64,000 nucleotides of DNA, taken from positions 13,785 to 77,784 of the forward strand of contig JACPLD010000005.1 of assembly GCA_016186765.1 (NCBI GenBank). The letters run 5' to 3'. Under the pieces are notes generated by a model. That model was not told where the DNA came from. It saw only the letters and a program-made list of their open reading frames with translations, and did not search any database. The position numbers and the translations under genes were made by a program. The DNA comes from Candidatus Kaiserbacteria bacterium (GTDB lineage Bacteria > Patescibacteriota > Minisyncoccia > Phycocordibacterales > UBA2100). Shown here piece after piece: positions 47,001-55,926 of this stretch (position 1 is the first letter of the stretch; the number at the start of each line of letters is the position of its first letter).

Positions 47001-50000
47001 CATTATTGTCTTTTACGGTGCCGGAGATAGTGAGTGTGGAAGCGGTGCCAAGCTTGAAGGAAAGGGTGGCAGGAGTATTTGCGCCGCTTGAGGGAACCGT
47101 AATCTGCTGGTCGGGAACGCTCGGCATGCCGGGCTTGAAGACACCGACGAGGTAGGTACCTGCGACTACATTAATGGAGAAAGCGCCGGAGGTATTGGTC
47201 TGTCCGCCGGACCCGAAGCCAAGATCAGAGGTGGAGCCGCCGGAGGAAGAGGTATTCGAGATCGGACGTGCAAAGACTCCTGCGTTTGATACAGCATTGC
47301 CGGCAGAATCCGTAACAGTGCCCGTGATGGTTTTATCAGCCGAGGAGAGCGTGAAGTTCACGCCCGTGACATTCGTCGTGGTTGCGATCACGGTTAGGTT
47401 CGGCGGCGGCATGAAGGTGAACGTCGGTGGTGGTGGAGGCGCACCACCGGGAATGAAGTGCGAATCGGGCATTCCGGGTCCGACACCCACGCTATAGGTT
47501 GTGCTCGTCGAAATACGCAGCGAATATGCGACAGCACTTCCGGTCATGGTCTTCGTGGTCTTCGAGAAACCCATGGAGGAAGCCGCGAAGATATCGACAG
47601 AGGTCCCGTTCGGGCCCGTGACGGCGCCACTAAGCGAGATAGTGCTGCCGCCACCCGTCACGATGATGTTCTTCGTGAGGTTTGTCGCGGAAACCGTAAA
47701 TGGCTGCGGTACAGAATTGTAGGTGACGGTCGAGGAGGCGGACGCGAGAGATCCGGGATCGATGCCGACCATGTAGTCACCGTCCGAGAGCTGCGTGAAC
47801 GTGGCAACACCAGTTGAGTTAGTCGTCGTTGAGTTACCTCCGGCCGCGGGCGAGAAGAGGAAGACTTTCACCGCGGCAATGCCCTCACCTGCGTTCACGG
47901 TGCTGTTCGCGTTCGCATCGTTGAAGACGTTTACCGTGAGAGTGCGGCTGCCCGCTTGCCCGAGGAAGAAGGGTGAGGTAGTTTTTGTCTCAAGGATCGC
48001 GCGGTTATTCGCGGCCGTGTCGCGCGTCTTGATGTCGCCTGTGTAGCCCGCGCTTGAGGGCACCGTCGAGTTGATGATACCGGTAAGCTCGATACAGATG
48101 AAGGCGTTTGCGCCTGTCGCGGTACCCGCCGTCGTGATCGTGACGGTGCCCGCGTCGACATTTGCGGAAGCAGTCGCGATCGTGGGGACTCCCGCAAACT
48201 GGTTGCCGTTGATGTCGGCATTACAAAGCGAGCTGGCGGCAGCGGTCGTAGAGGCGCGCGTGACGTCAAAACCAGAGGGGAAGGTAACGATGATCTGGCC
48301 GCCAAGCGGTATCGAAGTTGCGGCGAGGAAGTTGAGGCGATAGTCGGAGATTGCGCCCGCGATGCGCGTCATCGGCATGAGCTGTGTCGGGTTCATTCCT
48401 TGCATGCTCTGGTCTATCGTGCCGGTTCCGGGGCCGAGCTGGCCGCCGGTTGTCGAAGAATTTTGCACGGTGCCGACCGCGATGTTGCCTGCCGGCGTGC
48501 CTGACGTCGAGATGCCGTTCCCCGCCAAGTCCTGCACGGGCGTTGCCACCGTCACTTTGAATTGACTGCCGCTCGAGAGCGAAAGCCCGCTGATACGTGC
48601 GGTTTTCGTCTGACCGTCGTAGGTAACGGTCTTCCCACCGAGGCCAATGGAGGTGCCGATTGGGCTCTCGAGGGTGTAGTTGGCGATGTTGTCCGCCGCA
48701 TTCGGTCCGCCACCGACTCGCATGGTCTCTGAAAATGTGATGGCGATGCCGAAATTGTCGGCGCTCGCGAACTGGACGGAGGGCGCCGATGTGTCAGCGA
48801 TCGCGGTCGTCGTCGCGAACGTCGTTGACGTCGCAGTAAGGCGATTGCCCGAAAGATCGGCGGGGCCGGTGAGTCCGGCACCGACAGTGAACTTGTATCC
48901 GGTACTTGCGGAAAGTGCGGTCGAAGGAGCAAACGCGGCCGAGCGACTCTGTTGGTTGTACGTGACGTTGCCCGTGACAGCCGTGTCGCCCACCTGCGTG
49001 TAGAGCTTCAGCGTCGTGCTGCTCACCGTGGAGGGGTCCATGTCCTCGGAAAAGCCTGTGGTGAATACCTGCCCGAGTGAGATATTGGTCGAGTTGTTTG
49101 CGGGGTTCACGCCGAGCACCGTGGGCGCCGTCGAATCAGTGCCACTACTCGTGCGGAAGTAGAGACGGTACTCCTGCGGCAGCGAGATATTGTTGGTACT
49201 CTGTGCGGTCGTTAGGACTTGCACCACATAAGCGGAGTTGGCACCGAGGTTCGAGATCGACGTGATCGTGAGAGTATTGGTGCTCGTGGCATAGGAATTC
49301 ACTGCGCTTATCGCGCCGCCCGGCTGGCCGTTCACATCGGTCATGAGCTTCACGACCGCCGTATTCGTGACTGCATTTTCTCCGCCATCGCTCTTCATCG
49401 CGACCGAGAAGGTCAGCTTGATAGGCGCATTGATGGGGTGGTTTTGCGAGCCTCCCTGCGGCTGGCTGCTCTGTACGTAGGGAGGTGAGATGTTGGTTCC
49501 GCCCGTCCCGCCAGTCGTGAATGAAAGTGTCTGGTTCGAGGCGAGGGGATTGCCTGCCGAATCCTTGACGCCGGTCGTCGCGGTCACCACGTAGGTAGAG
49601 GACGTCGCGAGGTCCGTCGACGCGTTGTCCAAGCGAAGCGCTGTCGAGGTCGCGCCCGTCGCGCCGTTCGAGACAAGATGGAATTCGTACGCGCCGGTAT
49701 TCGAGCCACCCGCGGTGACCTTCCCGAAGAGCATGTCGCCCAGTGAGAAGGCAGTCGCATCCTGTGCGCCTGAGTCAACCGCACCATTTGCCGATGTCGT
49801 GATCTTTGCGAGAACCGAATTTTGCAAGAATATCGGCCGAGTAGCGGCACTATCGAGACGAAGTGCCGAGCTCGTGCCGGGATTGGCACCGGAGCCGAGC
49901 ACGCCGTTTATCGTTTCGCCGATCGTGACAAGGTGCCAATCGTAGACACCGGTATTGTCTGCACCGCTCACGATCGCCGCAAACACGAGATCGCCCGCGT

Positions 50001-51363
50001 TGAACGTGGTCGTCGCGGTGAGCGAACCGGAAGCGTCGAGTGTCGAGGTCGCTGACGGTAGTATCTTCGAGAGCGTCGTCGAAGCCGGGAAGGTAGGCGC
50101 GGCGTTCGCGAGGTCGAAACGCAGGTTCGAGCTATTGATGCTTGCACCTGTTTTTACGATGTGCCAGTCGTACTGGGTGGTCACCTGGTTCGTACTTGCG
50201 TTCGTGACCACGAGGTCGCCCACACCCAGCGGGCTCCCCGTACTCGTCGTCGTCGCAAAGAAGGGCGTGGTGAATTTCGTGATTTGGGAGGGGTTGAAGA
50301 GCGCATTGCCGTTGATGGCGAACGTTCCCGAGGTGAGAACGCTGTTCGTGACAACGCCCACGACAGGCGGGAACGTGCCAAACTGAAGATATACGATGTC
50401 ACCATAGGCAGGGGTCGTGTAGGCGCCCTGCGGCGTGATAGCGTTCGTGCTCGATACGGAGAAAAATCCGGTAGAGGCGGTCGTTACCTTTGCAAACTTG
50501 CTGCCGGCGGCGTAGGTGGGAGGGCTTGAGGCAACGATGTCGAAACCATCGGGAAAGGGGCGGACCGCCGCGCCCACGGCGGAGCCATTCTGGGTAAAGG
50601 TGATGTTGGTCGAATTCAGTGTAGATTGGTCGAGATTCTCGCTAAAGCCCATGTGGATGAAGGTCGAAACGGGTACGTTCGTGGAGCCGTTTGCAGGGCC
50701 CGTCGCGTTTGTGTTCACCGTGGGCGCTATCGTATCGACGGTTATAACGTCCGTTTGAAACAAGGTTGGGCCGGGAGCGACCGCGCCGTTCCAGCCAATG
50801 CCGCCCGGAATCATTTGCGCCTTCAGGGCGTGTCCATTCACTGCCGTGGGAGAGCTCGTGATGACAACAAAATAGTCGTTGCCGGCGTTCGCCCCCGCGT
50901 TGTCGGTCGGAACTGTCTCGGCAGTAGCAAAGGTAAGGGTCGTTGTCGCGTTCAGGCCATTTGCACTTGAGACCCATCCGGGCGCACTCAAAAGGGGTAT
51001 CACGTCGTCGGCGGCGTCGAAGCTTCCATTCGTTCCGCCCGCGGCATCATCGCGGTAGATTGCGATTCCCGTGGAGGTCGCGGCCCCAAGTGTCGCAATA
51101 TCAGTCGTTGTGCCGGAAGCAGAAAAGATCAATCCAATGGTCGTCGAGGCGAGCGTCTCCGAATCTGAAACGAGGTTGAATCCGATGACTGCGGTCGCGA
51201 CAGAAGAAGCCTTGATGGTTTGATTAGGGCTGGTGAGCGAGGCGGCAGCGTTCGTCGCAACCGCTGCATGCACGTAGAGTGCGTATCCAAAGAGAGAAAC
51301 GAAAAGCACGAGAACTGAAATAGCAAAAACGACGCCGTGGCGGCGCACGAGTGAAAGACCCAT
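44035..51363 (-). CDS. giant (2442 aa) cell-surface protein: N-terminal anchor, many Ig-like/beta-rich repeats, SGSSG/poly-Gly linker, four C-terminal PG_binding_1 domains, and a Thr/Ser/Pro-rich tail
   Basis: The product has an N-terminal TM helix (VVFAISVLVLFVSLFGYALYV) and about 2000 aa of T/S/G/A/V-rich repeats. The linker is SSGSSGSSGSSGSSGGGGGGGGGGG. Repeated motifs such as LQKALGVDTTGYFGPLTRAAVQSFQMKHGIAKAGDAGFGIVGPMTRAKL are typical of PG_binding_1 domains. Confidence 0.8.
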   Translation of the reverse strand: MGLSLVRRHGVVFAISVLVLFVSLFGYALYVHAAVATNAAASLTSPNQTIKASSVATAVIGFNLVSDSETLASTTIGLIFSASGTTTDIATLGAATSTGIAIYRDDAAGGTNGSFDAADDVIPLLSAPGWVSSANGLNATTTLTFATAETVPTDNAGANAGNDYFVVITSSPTAVNGHALKAQMIPGGIGWNGAVAPGPTLFQTDVITVDTIAPTVNTNATGPANGSTNVPVSTFIHMGFSENLDQSTLNSTNITFTQNGSAVGAAVRPFPDGFDIVASSPPTYAAGSKFAKVTTASTGFFSVSSTNAITPQGAYTTPAYGDIVYLQFGTFPPVVGVVTNSVLTSGTFAINGNALFNPSQITKFTTPFFATTTSTGSPLGVGDLVVTNASTNQVTTQYDWHIVKTGASINSSNLRFDLANAAPTFPASTTLSKILPSATSTLDASGSLTATTTFNAGDLVFAAIVSGADNTGVYDWHLVTIGETINGVLGSGANPGTSSALRLDSAATRPIFLQNSVLAKITTSANGAVDSGAQDATAFSLGDMLFGKVTAGGSNTGAYEFHLVSNGATGATSTALRLDNASTDLATSSTYVVTATTGVKDSAGNPLASNQTLSFTTGGTGGTNISPPYVQSSQPQGGSQNHPINAPIKLTFSVAMKSDGGENAVTNTAVVKLMTDVNGQPGGAISAVNSYATSTNTLTITSISNLGANSAYVVQVLTTAQSTNNISLPQEYRLYFRTSSGTDSTAPTVLGVNPANNSTNISLGQVFTTGFSEDMDPSTVSSTTLKLYTQVGDTAVTGNVTYNQQSRSAAFAPSTALSASTGYKFTVGAGLTGPADLSGNRLTATSTTFATTTAIADTSAPSVQFASADNFGIAITFSETMRVGGGPNAADNIANYTLESPIGTSIGLGGKTVTYDGQTKTARISGLSLSSGSQFKVTVATPVQDLAGNGISTSGTPAGNIAVGTVQNSSTTGGQLGPGTGTIDQSMQGMNPTQLMPMTRIAGAISDYRLNFLAATSIPLGGQIIVTFPSGFDVTRASTTAAASSLCNADINGNQFAGVPTIATASANVDAGTVTITTAGTATGANAFICIELTGIINSTVPSSAGYTGDIKTRDTAANNRAILETKTTSPFFLGQAGSRTLTVNVFNDANANSTVNAGEGIAAVKVFLFSPAAGGNSTTTNSTGVATFTQLSDGDYMVGIDPGSLASASSTVTYNSVPQPFTVSATNLTKNIIVTGGGSTISLSGAVTGPNGTSVDIFAASSMGFSKTTKTMTGSAVAYSLRISTSTTYSVGVGPGMPDSHFIPGGAPPPPPTFTFMPPPNLTVIATTTNVTGVNFTLSSADKTITGTVTDSAGNAVSNAGVFARPISNTSSSGGSTSDLGFGSGGQTNTSGAFSINVVAGTYLVGVFKPGMPSVPDQQITVPSSGANTPATLSFKLGTASTLTISGTVKDNNGNAISYSGVGGRKVNSAADTTPVGGGQQNFVGGPTDANGAYTLYVTNGVWRIEAYAPGFGKLGAKTVTVSGSSLSGQDFSAQNLSLGTVTGTTTKAGTAVQGVMVHAEGANGGNMGVSDADGVYTLKLPAGSYTLTCFFPGIGDSTPIDVTSTADTTSYSNNCALAAPITVTVKLTDGTNPITGAYVDARTSSGRGNGTSESTSSGANATYTLTLSPGTYTIRAGHPAFGPIGSTASVNSTQTITYTAPQLYTITGGVVADAPIDNAFVSLTGTPTGQTNVISIGGQTNSEGQYSIRVPKGSYQIRADKPGYILLAPLSVTVTGDTTPSGVSLKAASRTISGTVSLSGTGVSGAFVDATNGSGGFAVAQTDSAGAYSLSVSPGSWTVTARSIGYTGNTTADTTSASQSNQNITLSAISGFTLTAERQETITPTAGGFVTNSDIGSTFKLTIPANALGTGSNAGTVKTQANTAVPAIANGSVLSKNAVTISAVDSSGQPVKTLNDEVTVVVPYTEADIPSGTSESDLQLGVWNDATQAYDMLSTTVDTTNNTLTANVSHFSDFAPIAPAQSSGSSGSSGSSGSSGSSGGGGGGGGGGGSIAQPTATIAKAQIIYPDGTVTYVDQNLGVATGASGAAPLGGARFAVLLKQGSRHADVARLQKALGVDTTGYFGPLTRAAVQSFQMKHGIAKAGDAGFGIVGPMTRAKLNELFGSTSLTTGAEGAAQAADASSLPAPAPGSANALFTARLSQGSRGSDVSRLQTLLGVDATGYFGALTRAAVEAFQQKYGIAGPGEEGFGTLGPKTRARIGEIFGSGVAAPEASPQGQTQSGNAAVSVGTFVRALKVGSSGDDVKLLQVVLNTDADTRIAEAGDGSPGSETTLFGRLTLKAIQKFQEKHGIAKPGDAGYGNIGSMTRAKLNEVLAAWLAANTTTPAPAPASEPTPAPTSISTSSPQAAPETATSTSSTSTTTATVSVTITATTTATTTTGY

Positions 51364-51505
51364 ATGATTATTAATGAAGCGTATAAAAAATGCTCTTACT
51401 TATTGCGGCACACGCGACGACGAGCGCCTAATGCGCTCATTATAGGCACGGTATCGCTGCACTATTCGCCGACAAGAGCAAACCTGTGTATAGCCGAATA
51501 TGCCG

Positions 51506-53017
51506 TTAGAGTGTCTGCAAAAGTGCGTTCAGTTGCGCGCGGGTAGCGGGACCAACTGTGCCAAACGCAGGATGTCCTTTCTTCGCGATACCGTACTTCT
51601 CCTGAAACTTTTGCACTGCGCGCTTGGTGAGTGGGCCAAATCGGGTCGTTTCACTTCCCGGCGAGCCGGCGCCGCTCACTGCGATCTGTGTCGCCGCATC
51701 GGCGTTCAGTATCATCTGCAGTGTGCGCACGTCTTCGCCGATGGAGCCGAGCGAGAGGCCGCGCGCGAGCGGAGCGCGCGCGGGCGCTTTCGCATTCGTC
51801 GCGAGCACATTCCATATATTCGGGTCCTGTCCGCCGTCAAGTTTGAAAATTGAGACGCCGCGCACGCCGAGGCGCTTTGCGAGCTCAACCTTCTGCCGCA
51901 CGGATTCCGCGTCGGGCCAGACGACGTAGCGGAACGGCAGATTTGAATTGTACGTTTGCGCATAGGCGGAAGCAGCGAGCGCGGTCGAAAGTCCCGAGAT
52001 CGCCTGCGCAGAGAGCGATGATGTTGCGACACCCGAGGGAGTCGAAGTGGAAGTCGGCGCATAACTAAAGGCAAGCTCGCCCCACGGGGTGCGGTACGGC
52101 GTGATGCCTAACTTCTCTGCGAGCGGGATCGCATAGCCGGGATTGAATGTCCAAAGAATTTTGTACAAATATTCGGGTCCTGCGTAGGCGGTCACATCGT
52201 ACTCATAGCCGTAGGTCGGAATGCCTATCATGAGCTTATTTTTAGGGATATCTCGGGCAACAAGAAGAATAACTTTCTCCACCCACGCCGGATCTCCTAC
52301 CGGCGCGTAGAGCTGAGAGCTCGAGGCATACTGCGCGGCAAGTTTCAGGTCGATGCTCTGCTGATCGTACGCCATGATACGCACGCGGTCGCAGTACTTC
52401 CCGATCGCCTTGAGGTCGTTCGCGTACGTGGTCGCGTCAGGCGGCGGTGTGGTGCCGTAGTAACGATCCGCGAGAGGCGTTCGCGATTCGATGCTGCACA
52501 TGAGCCACTTATCCTTGAGGCGCATCTTGAGCCCTTTCAAAAACGTAGAGTAGTAGTCTCTCGTCTCCGCCTTTTTCCCCTCAAAGTCGATATCGATTCC
52601 ATCGAACCCGCTCTCTTTTACTAGGTTTGCGAGTGTATCCTCAAGCGCGATGCGCGATTGCGTATTGCTCAAAAGTGTGTGAACGAGCTCACTGTTTGAA
52701 GTCATGACCGTCGGGATAAAGCGGATATTTTTACTCTTTGCTTCAGCTCGAAGCGAGAGCCACGGCTCTTGGTCGATGAGGCCGTTGTCGATAAGTGCAC
52801 CGTCTTCTACGAGCGTATACACGAACGGGTTCACCTCGGTGAGCGTGGAAATATTCGGGAGCACATCGGCAGTGCCTGTCGCCGCTCTCCAGTACGGGAT
52901 CCATCCAGAGACTTCGAATGACTTCTGCATTGCTGCTTCTGCGGAAAACGGCACGAGCCCCGCCGCTGGCAATGCGAGCAGAAAAACAACAGTAAAGAAA
53001 GTTCTCACCCTGCACAT
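51506..53017 (-). CDS. secreted glycoside hydrolase family 18-like enzyme with a C-terminal PG_binding_1 domain
   Basis: The product has the GH18 catalytic motif FDGIDIDFEG and the N-terminal SGWIPYW. The C-terminal motif LQMILNADAATQIAVSGAGSPGSETTRFGPLTKRAVQKFQEKYGI resembles those of the giant protein. I set the start at the signal-peptide Met (MCRVRTFFTVVFLLALPAAG). Confidence 0.7.
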   Translation of the reverse strand: MCRVRTFFTVVFLLALPAAGLVPFSAEAAMQKSFEVSGWIPYWRAATGTADVLPNISTLTEVNPFVYTLVEDGALIDNGLIDQEPWLSLRAEAKSKNIRFIPTVMTSNSELVHTLLSNTQSRIALEDTLANLVKESGFDGIDIDFEGKKAETRDYYSTFLKGLKMRLKDKWLMCSIESRTPLADRYYGTTPPPDATTYANDLKAIGKYCDRVRIMAYDQQSIDLKLAAQYASSSQLYAPVGDPAWVEKVILLVARDIPKNKLMIGIPTYGYEYDVTAYAGPEYLYKILWTFNPGYAIPLAEKLGITPYRTPWGELAFSYAPTSTSTPSGVATSSLSAQAISGLSTALAASAYAQTYNSNLPFRYVVWPDAESVRQKVELAKRLGVRGVSIFKLDGGQDPNIWNVLATNAKAPARAPLARGLSLGSIGEDVRTLQMILNADAATQIAVSGAGSPGSETTRFGPLTKRAVQKFQEKYGIAKKGHPAFGTVGPATRAQLNALLQTL

Positions 53018-53057
53018 AGAAAGGAAGACGGATATAGTGTACCAATCTTGCGCGACA

Positions 53058-53867
53058 CTATAAACTCTCGGCAGTGTATCGTGCGATCTGACCATTGCGG
53101 ATCACTGTTCTGTACACCCACGCGAACACGCCGTATGCGCCGAGAGCGTACACTACTACGAGTGACATGCCGACGACAACATCCTGAAACCCAAATGTGC
53201 CCCCGATAAGCACGCTGCGCATGCCCTCGAACACGTAGGTCGGTGGAAGCAGATACGCGATTGCCTGCATCCACGATGGAAGCGTTGAAACAGGGTAAAA
53301 CACGCCCACCACCGGCCCTAAAACAGCTGCGATCGGCCACGTGAACCACTCCGCCGAAGGACCAAGTCTCAGAACAATCGCGGCTGCAAGAATGCCGAGC
53401 GAAACGCCGAAAAGAAACAAGATAAGAAGAAAAGGAACGAGGGATACGCCAAGAATAAATATGGAGAAGCCAAAGAACAGGAATGCGAGGAAGGCCACAA
53501 CGACAAAAACGACGACGCTCGTGACGATCGTCGAGACAACAAATCCTCCCACGTACTCCGAGAGCTTCAGGGGTGTAGCAAAAATGTTGAGGAAATTCCT
53601 CGACCACGAATCCTCAAGGAACGCCATCATAACACCCTGATGCACGCGGTTTAAGAAGCCCCACAAGAGCACTGCTCCCAGGAGCGCGAGAGCGATACTA
53701 AACGATGTATTTCCGATATCGAACAGGTACTCTGAGAGAAAACCCCAGAGCACGAGATCGATGAGCATCCATGAGAACATTTGAAAAAAGCGGCTCGGAT
53801 TGTCCCGATAGAGGTACGTTTGCCTCACGATGATTGCGTACATGCGCTTCAGGCTCATAGGCATCAA
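53058..53867 (-). CDS. ABC-2 type transporter permease
   Basis: The 269-aa product has six TM helices and is translationally coupled to the upstream ATPase gene. Confidence 0.75.
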   Translation of the reverse strand: MMPMSLKRMYAIIVRQTYLYRDNPSRFFQMFSWMLIDLVLWGFLSEYLFDIGNTSFSIALALLGAVLLWGFLNRVHQGVMMAFLEDSWSRNFLNIFATPLKLSEYVGGFVVSTIVTSVVVFVVVAFLAFLFFGFSIFILGVSLVPFLLILFLFGVSLGILAAAIVLRLGPSAEWFTWPIAAVLGPVVGVFYPVSTLPSWMQAIAYLLPPTYVFEGMRSVLIGGTFGFQDVVVGMSLVVVYALGAYGVFAWVYRTVIRNGQIARYTAESL

Positions 53868-54601
53868 AGTTCGAGCGAGAGAGGTTCCCGTGCGATAGTG
53901 ATGAAAAGTTCTTCGAGATTCGACTTGCCATGCTCCCCTGCAAGTGTCTTCGGGTCACCCTCGAGGAGAATATTGCCATGCGAGAGGAAGAGTACCCGAT
54001 CGCACACGGCTTCCACCTCGTGCATGTTGTGTGACGTCCACAAAACTCCTCCAGTATCACTCCTCGCGTATTCCGTAATTCTTTCCCGGACTGTGCGAGC
54101 CGAAGAAGGATCGAGCGAGGCCGTCGGCTCATCAAGAAGAAGCAGAGGAGGACGATTGAGCATCGCTTTTGCCAACCCCACACGCGTTTGCTCTCCTGAC
54201 GAGAGCACGCCGCACTTCATCTCTGCAAATCGAACGAGGTCGAACTCTTCAAGGAGTTCTCTGACCCTCGTCTCGACACGTGACACACTGTAGAGAAAAC
54301 CGAATATGCGGAGGTTTTGCGCAACAGTGAGGTTGCCCGGAAGTTGCGCGTACACGGCGGCAAAATTCGTTCGCCCCATGGCTTCGCTGCGACGTTTCCC
54401 AACATCAATGCCGTCGATCAGGATCGAGCCTGCGCTCGGCTCTAAGACGCCGAGTATCATATTGATGGTCGTCGTCTTCCCTGCCACGTTTGGTCCCAAA
54501 AGCCCCACGATCTCGCCGCGTCGGACGGAAAACGATACATCATCTACCGCACGCACGCCGCGATAGGTTTTTGAGAGATTGGTGACTCCGAGAACCGACA
54601 T
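53864..54601 (-). CDS. ABC transporter ATP-binding protein
   Basis: The product has Walker A GPNVAGKTT, the signature LSSGEQTRV, and Walker B LLLLDEPT. I set the start at the internal Met (MSVLGVTNLSKTY), because the ORF-track extension overlaps the HAD gene. Confidence 0.85.
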   Translation of the reverse strand: MSVLGVTNLSKTYRGVRAVDDVSFSVRRGEIVGLLGPNVAGKTTTINMILGVLEPSAGSILIDGIDVGKRRSEAMGRTNFAAVYAQLPGNLTVAQNLRIFGFLYSVSRVETRVRELLEEFDLVRFAEMKCGVLSSGEQTRVGLAKAMLNRPPLLLLDEPTASLDPSSARTVRERITEYARSDTGGVLWTSHNMHEVEAVCDRVLFLSHGNILLEGDPKTLAGEHGKSNLEELFITIAREPLSLEL

Positions 54602-54608
54602 CGGACCA

Positions 54609-55247
54609 TTATGCACCCGTGAAGTACCGAGATACAGCGGAAGGAATCTCGTCCAGTTTCTCGACAACGCAGAACGGTTCGCCTTTCTCAAGCGTCTCAC
54701 GGGAGTGAAAACCCCACGAGACACCGATAGCGCCCACGCCAGCGGCTTTGGCCTCGCGCATGTCACCCAGTGTATCTGTGATAAAGACGCACTCGGACGC
54801 CGCAGTACCATATTTCTCGAAGACCATGTGTACTTTCTCGCGCTTCCCTGTATGCACATCGGCTCCCATCACCTCGGAAAAGTAACGGCCGATGTGATGC
54901 TTCTCCAAAAAGCCCTGTATCGGACTCGTGATAGTTGAGGAGATGATGATGAGAACGTACCCATGCGAAAGTTTCTCAATGACTTCGCGCATGCCGGGAA
55001 AAAGTTGCGCGCGCTCTTCGAAGGCCGGCGTGAATATGCTGAACCAGTCGAGATCGTGACAGCATTCCGGTCCGTGTACACGCGACATAAGAGCCTCATA
55101 CCTTTCCCATGCATTTCCTTCAAACACGCTATGAAAATCATTCTCGGTGAAATAAGGACATAGCTTCTGCGCGGTCTCGAAGCCGACAGAATACGAATCG
55201 GCAATTACGCCATCGAAATCAAAAAGCACAAAATGCCGCTTTCGCAT
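54609..55247 (-). CDS. HAD-IA family hydrolase (phosphatase/beta-phosphoglucomutase-like)
   Basis: The product has motif I FVLFDFDGVIADS and, later, TDTLGDMREAKAAGVGAIGV. The start is set at MRKRHFVLFDFDGV. Confidence 0.7.
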   Translation of the reverse strand: MRKRHFVLFDFDGVIADSYSVGFETAQKLCPYFTENDFHSVFEGNAWERYEALMSRVHGPECCHDLDWFSIFTPAFEERAQLFPGMREVIEKLSHGYVLIIISSTITSPIQGFLEKHHIGRYFSEVMGADVHTGKREKVHMVFEKYGTAASECVFITDTLGDMREAKAAGVGAIGVSWGFHSRETLEKGEPFCVVEKLDEIPSAVSRYFTGA

Positions 55248-55367
55248 GCGGCGCAGTATACTCCGTGAGATAGGTAAAGCCGCCATCTCGCGGGGTGTAT
55301 CGTCGCAAAAGAGAGGAGAGCCCACACCGCTAAGCGGTATGGACTCTCGGGTCACTGCAGGTTGCTG

Positions 55368-55757
55368 TCATCGGAGCGCCAATCCAATAGTCTGGAAGTG
55401 CGCGTAGACGTTGGCCATAACTTCGAGGGCGCGCAATCTCATTACGAGATTTTCGCGATCGACCCTCAAAGCAGGGACGTAGCCATCGCGCAGCAACAAG
55501 ATATTAGCGGCCATCGACCGCATATGATCTGCGTGCCTGGCGAGTGCATACTCGTCGTCTTTGAGCTTGTTTGTTAGCTCTCGGCTGAGAGCATGCGCGG
55601 CGGGTTCCGCGCGATTCGCAAACGACTCGAGTTCCTCGATGCCTTGAGGCCCGAGGATCTCCTGCTTCATCGCTACTTCAAAGCCCGCCGCGAAAGCGAC
55701 CTTCGACAACGCCCTGATGCAGGCATCAAAAGCGGGGTTGTAACTACACATGTCCAT
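55368..55757 (-). CDS. hypothetical protein
   Basis: The 129-aa product is predicted alpha-helical and has no recognisable motif. Confidence 0.35.
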   Translation of the reverse strand: MDMCSYNPAFDACIRALSKVAFAAGFEVAMKQEILGPQGIEELESFANRAEPAAHALSRELTNKLKDDEYALARHADHMRSMAANILLLRDGYVPALRVDRENLVMRLRALEVMANVYAHFQTIGLALR

Positions 55758-55865
55758 CCTCCTCTTGTGTTAGAGAACAGTGCTACGGGGACGCCGTAGC
55801 GCGTTGACACCCCAATCTGGCAGAATTATACAATCAAATTCTCCAGCTGTAAACCTTGAACACCC

Positions 55866-55926
55866 ATGCCAGCTTCTTTAGCTTCACGCATGTCGCCCAA
55901 GGTGTCGGTGATAAAGATGCGCTCAG
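55866..55926 (-). pseudogene. ~60-nt fragment homologous to the 3' part of the HAD-IA gene (remnant of a duplicated paralog)
   Basis: It is about 80% identical to 54742-54800 (gccagcttctttagcttcacgcatgtcgcccaaggtgtcggtgataaagatgcgctc versus ccagcggctttggcctcgcgcatgtcacccagtgtatctgtgataaagacgcactc). It would encode ..FITDTLGDMREAKEAG.. but has no complete reading frame. Confidence 0.5.
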
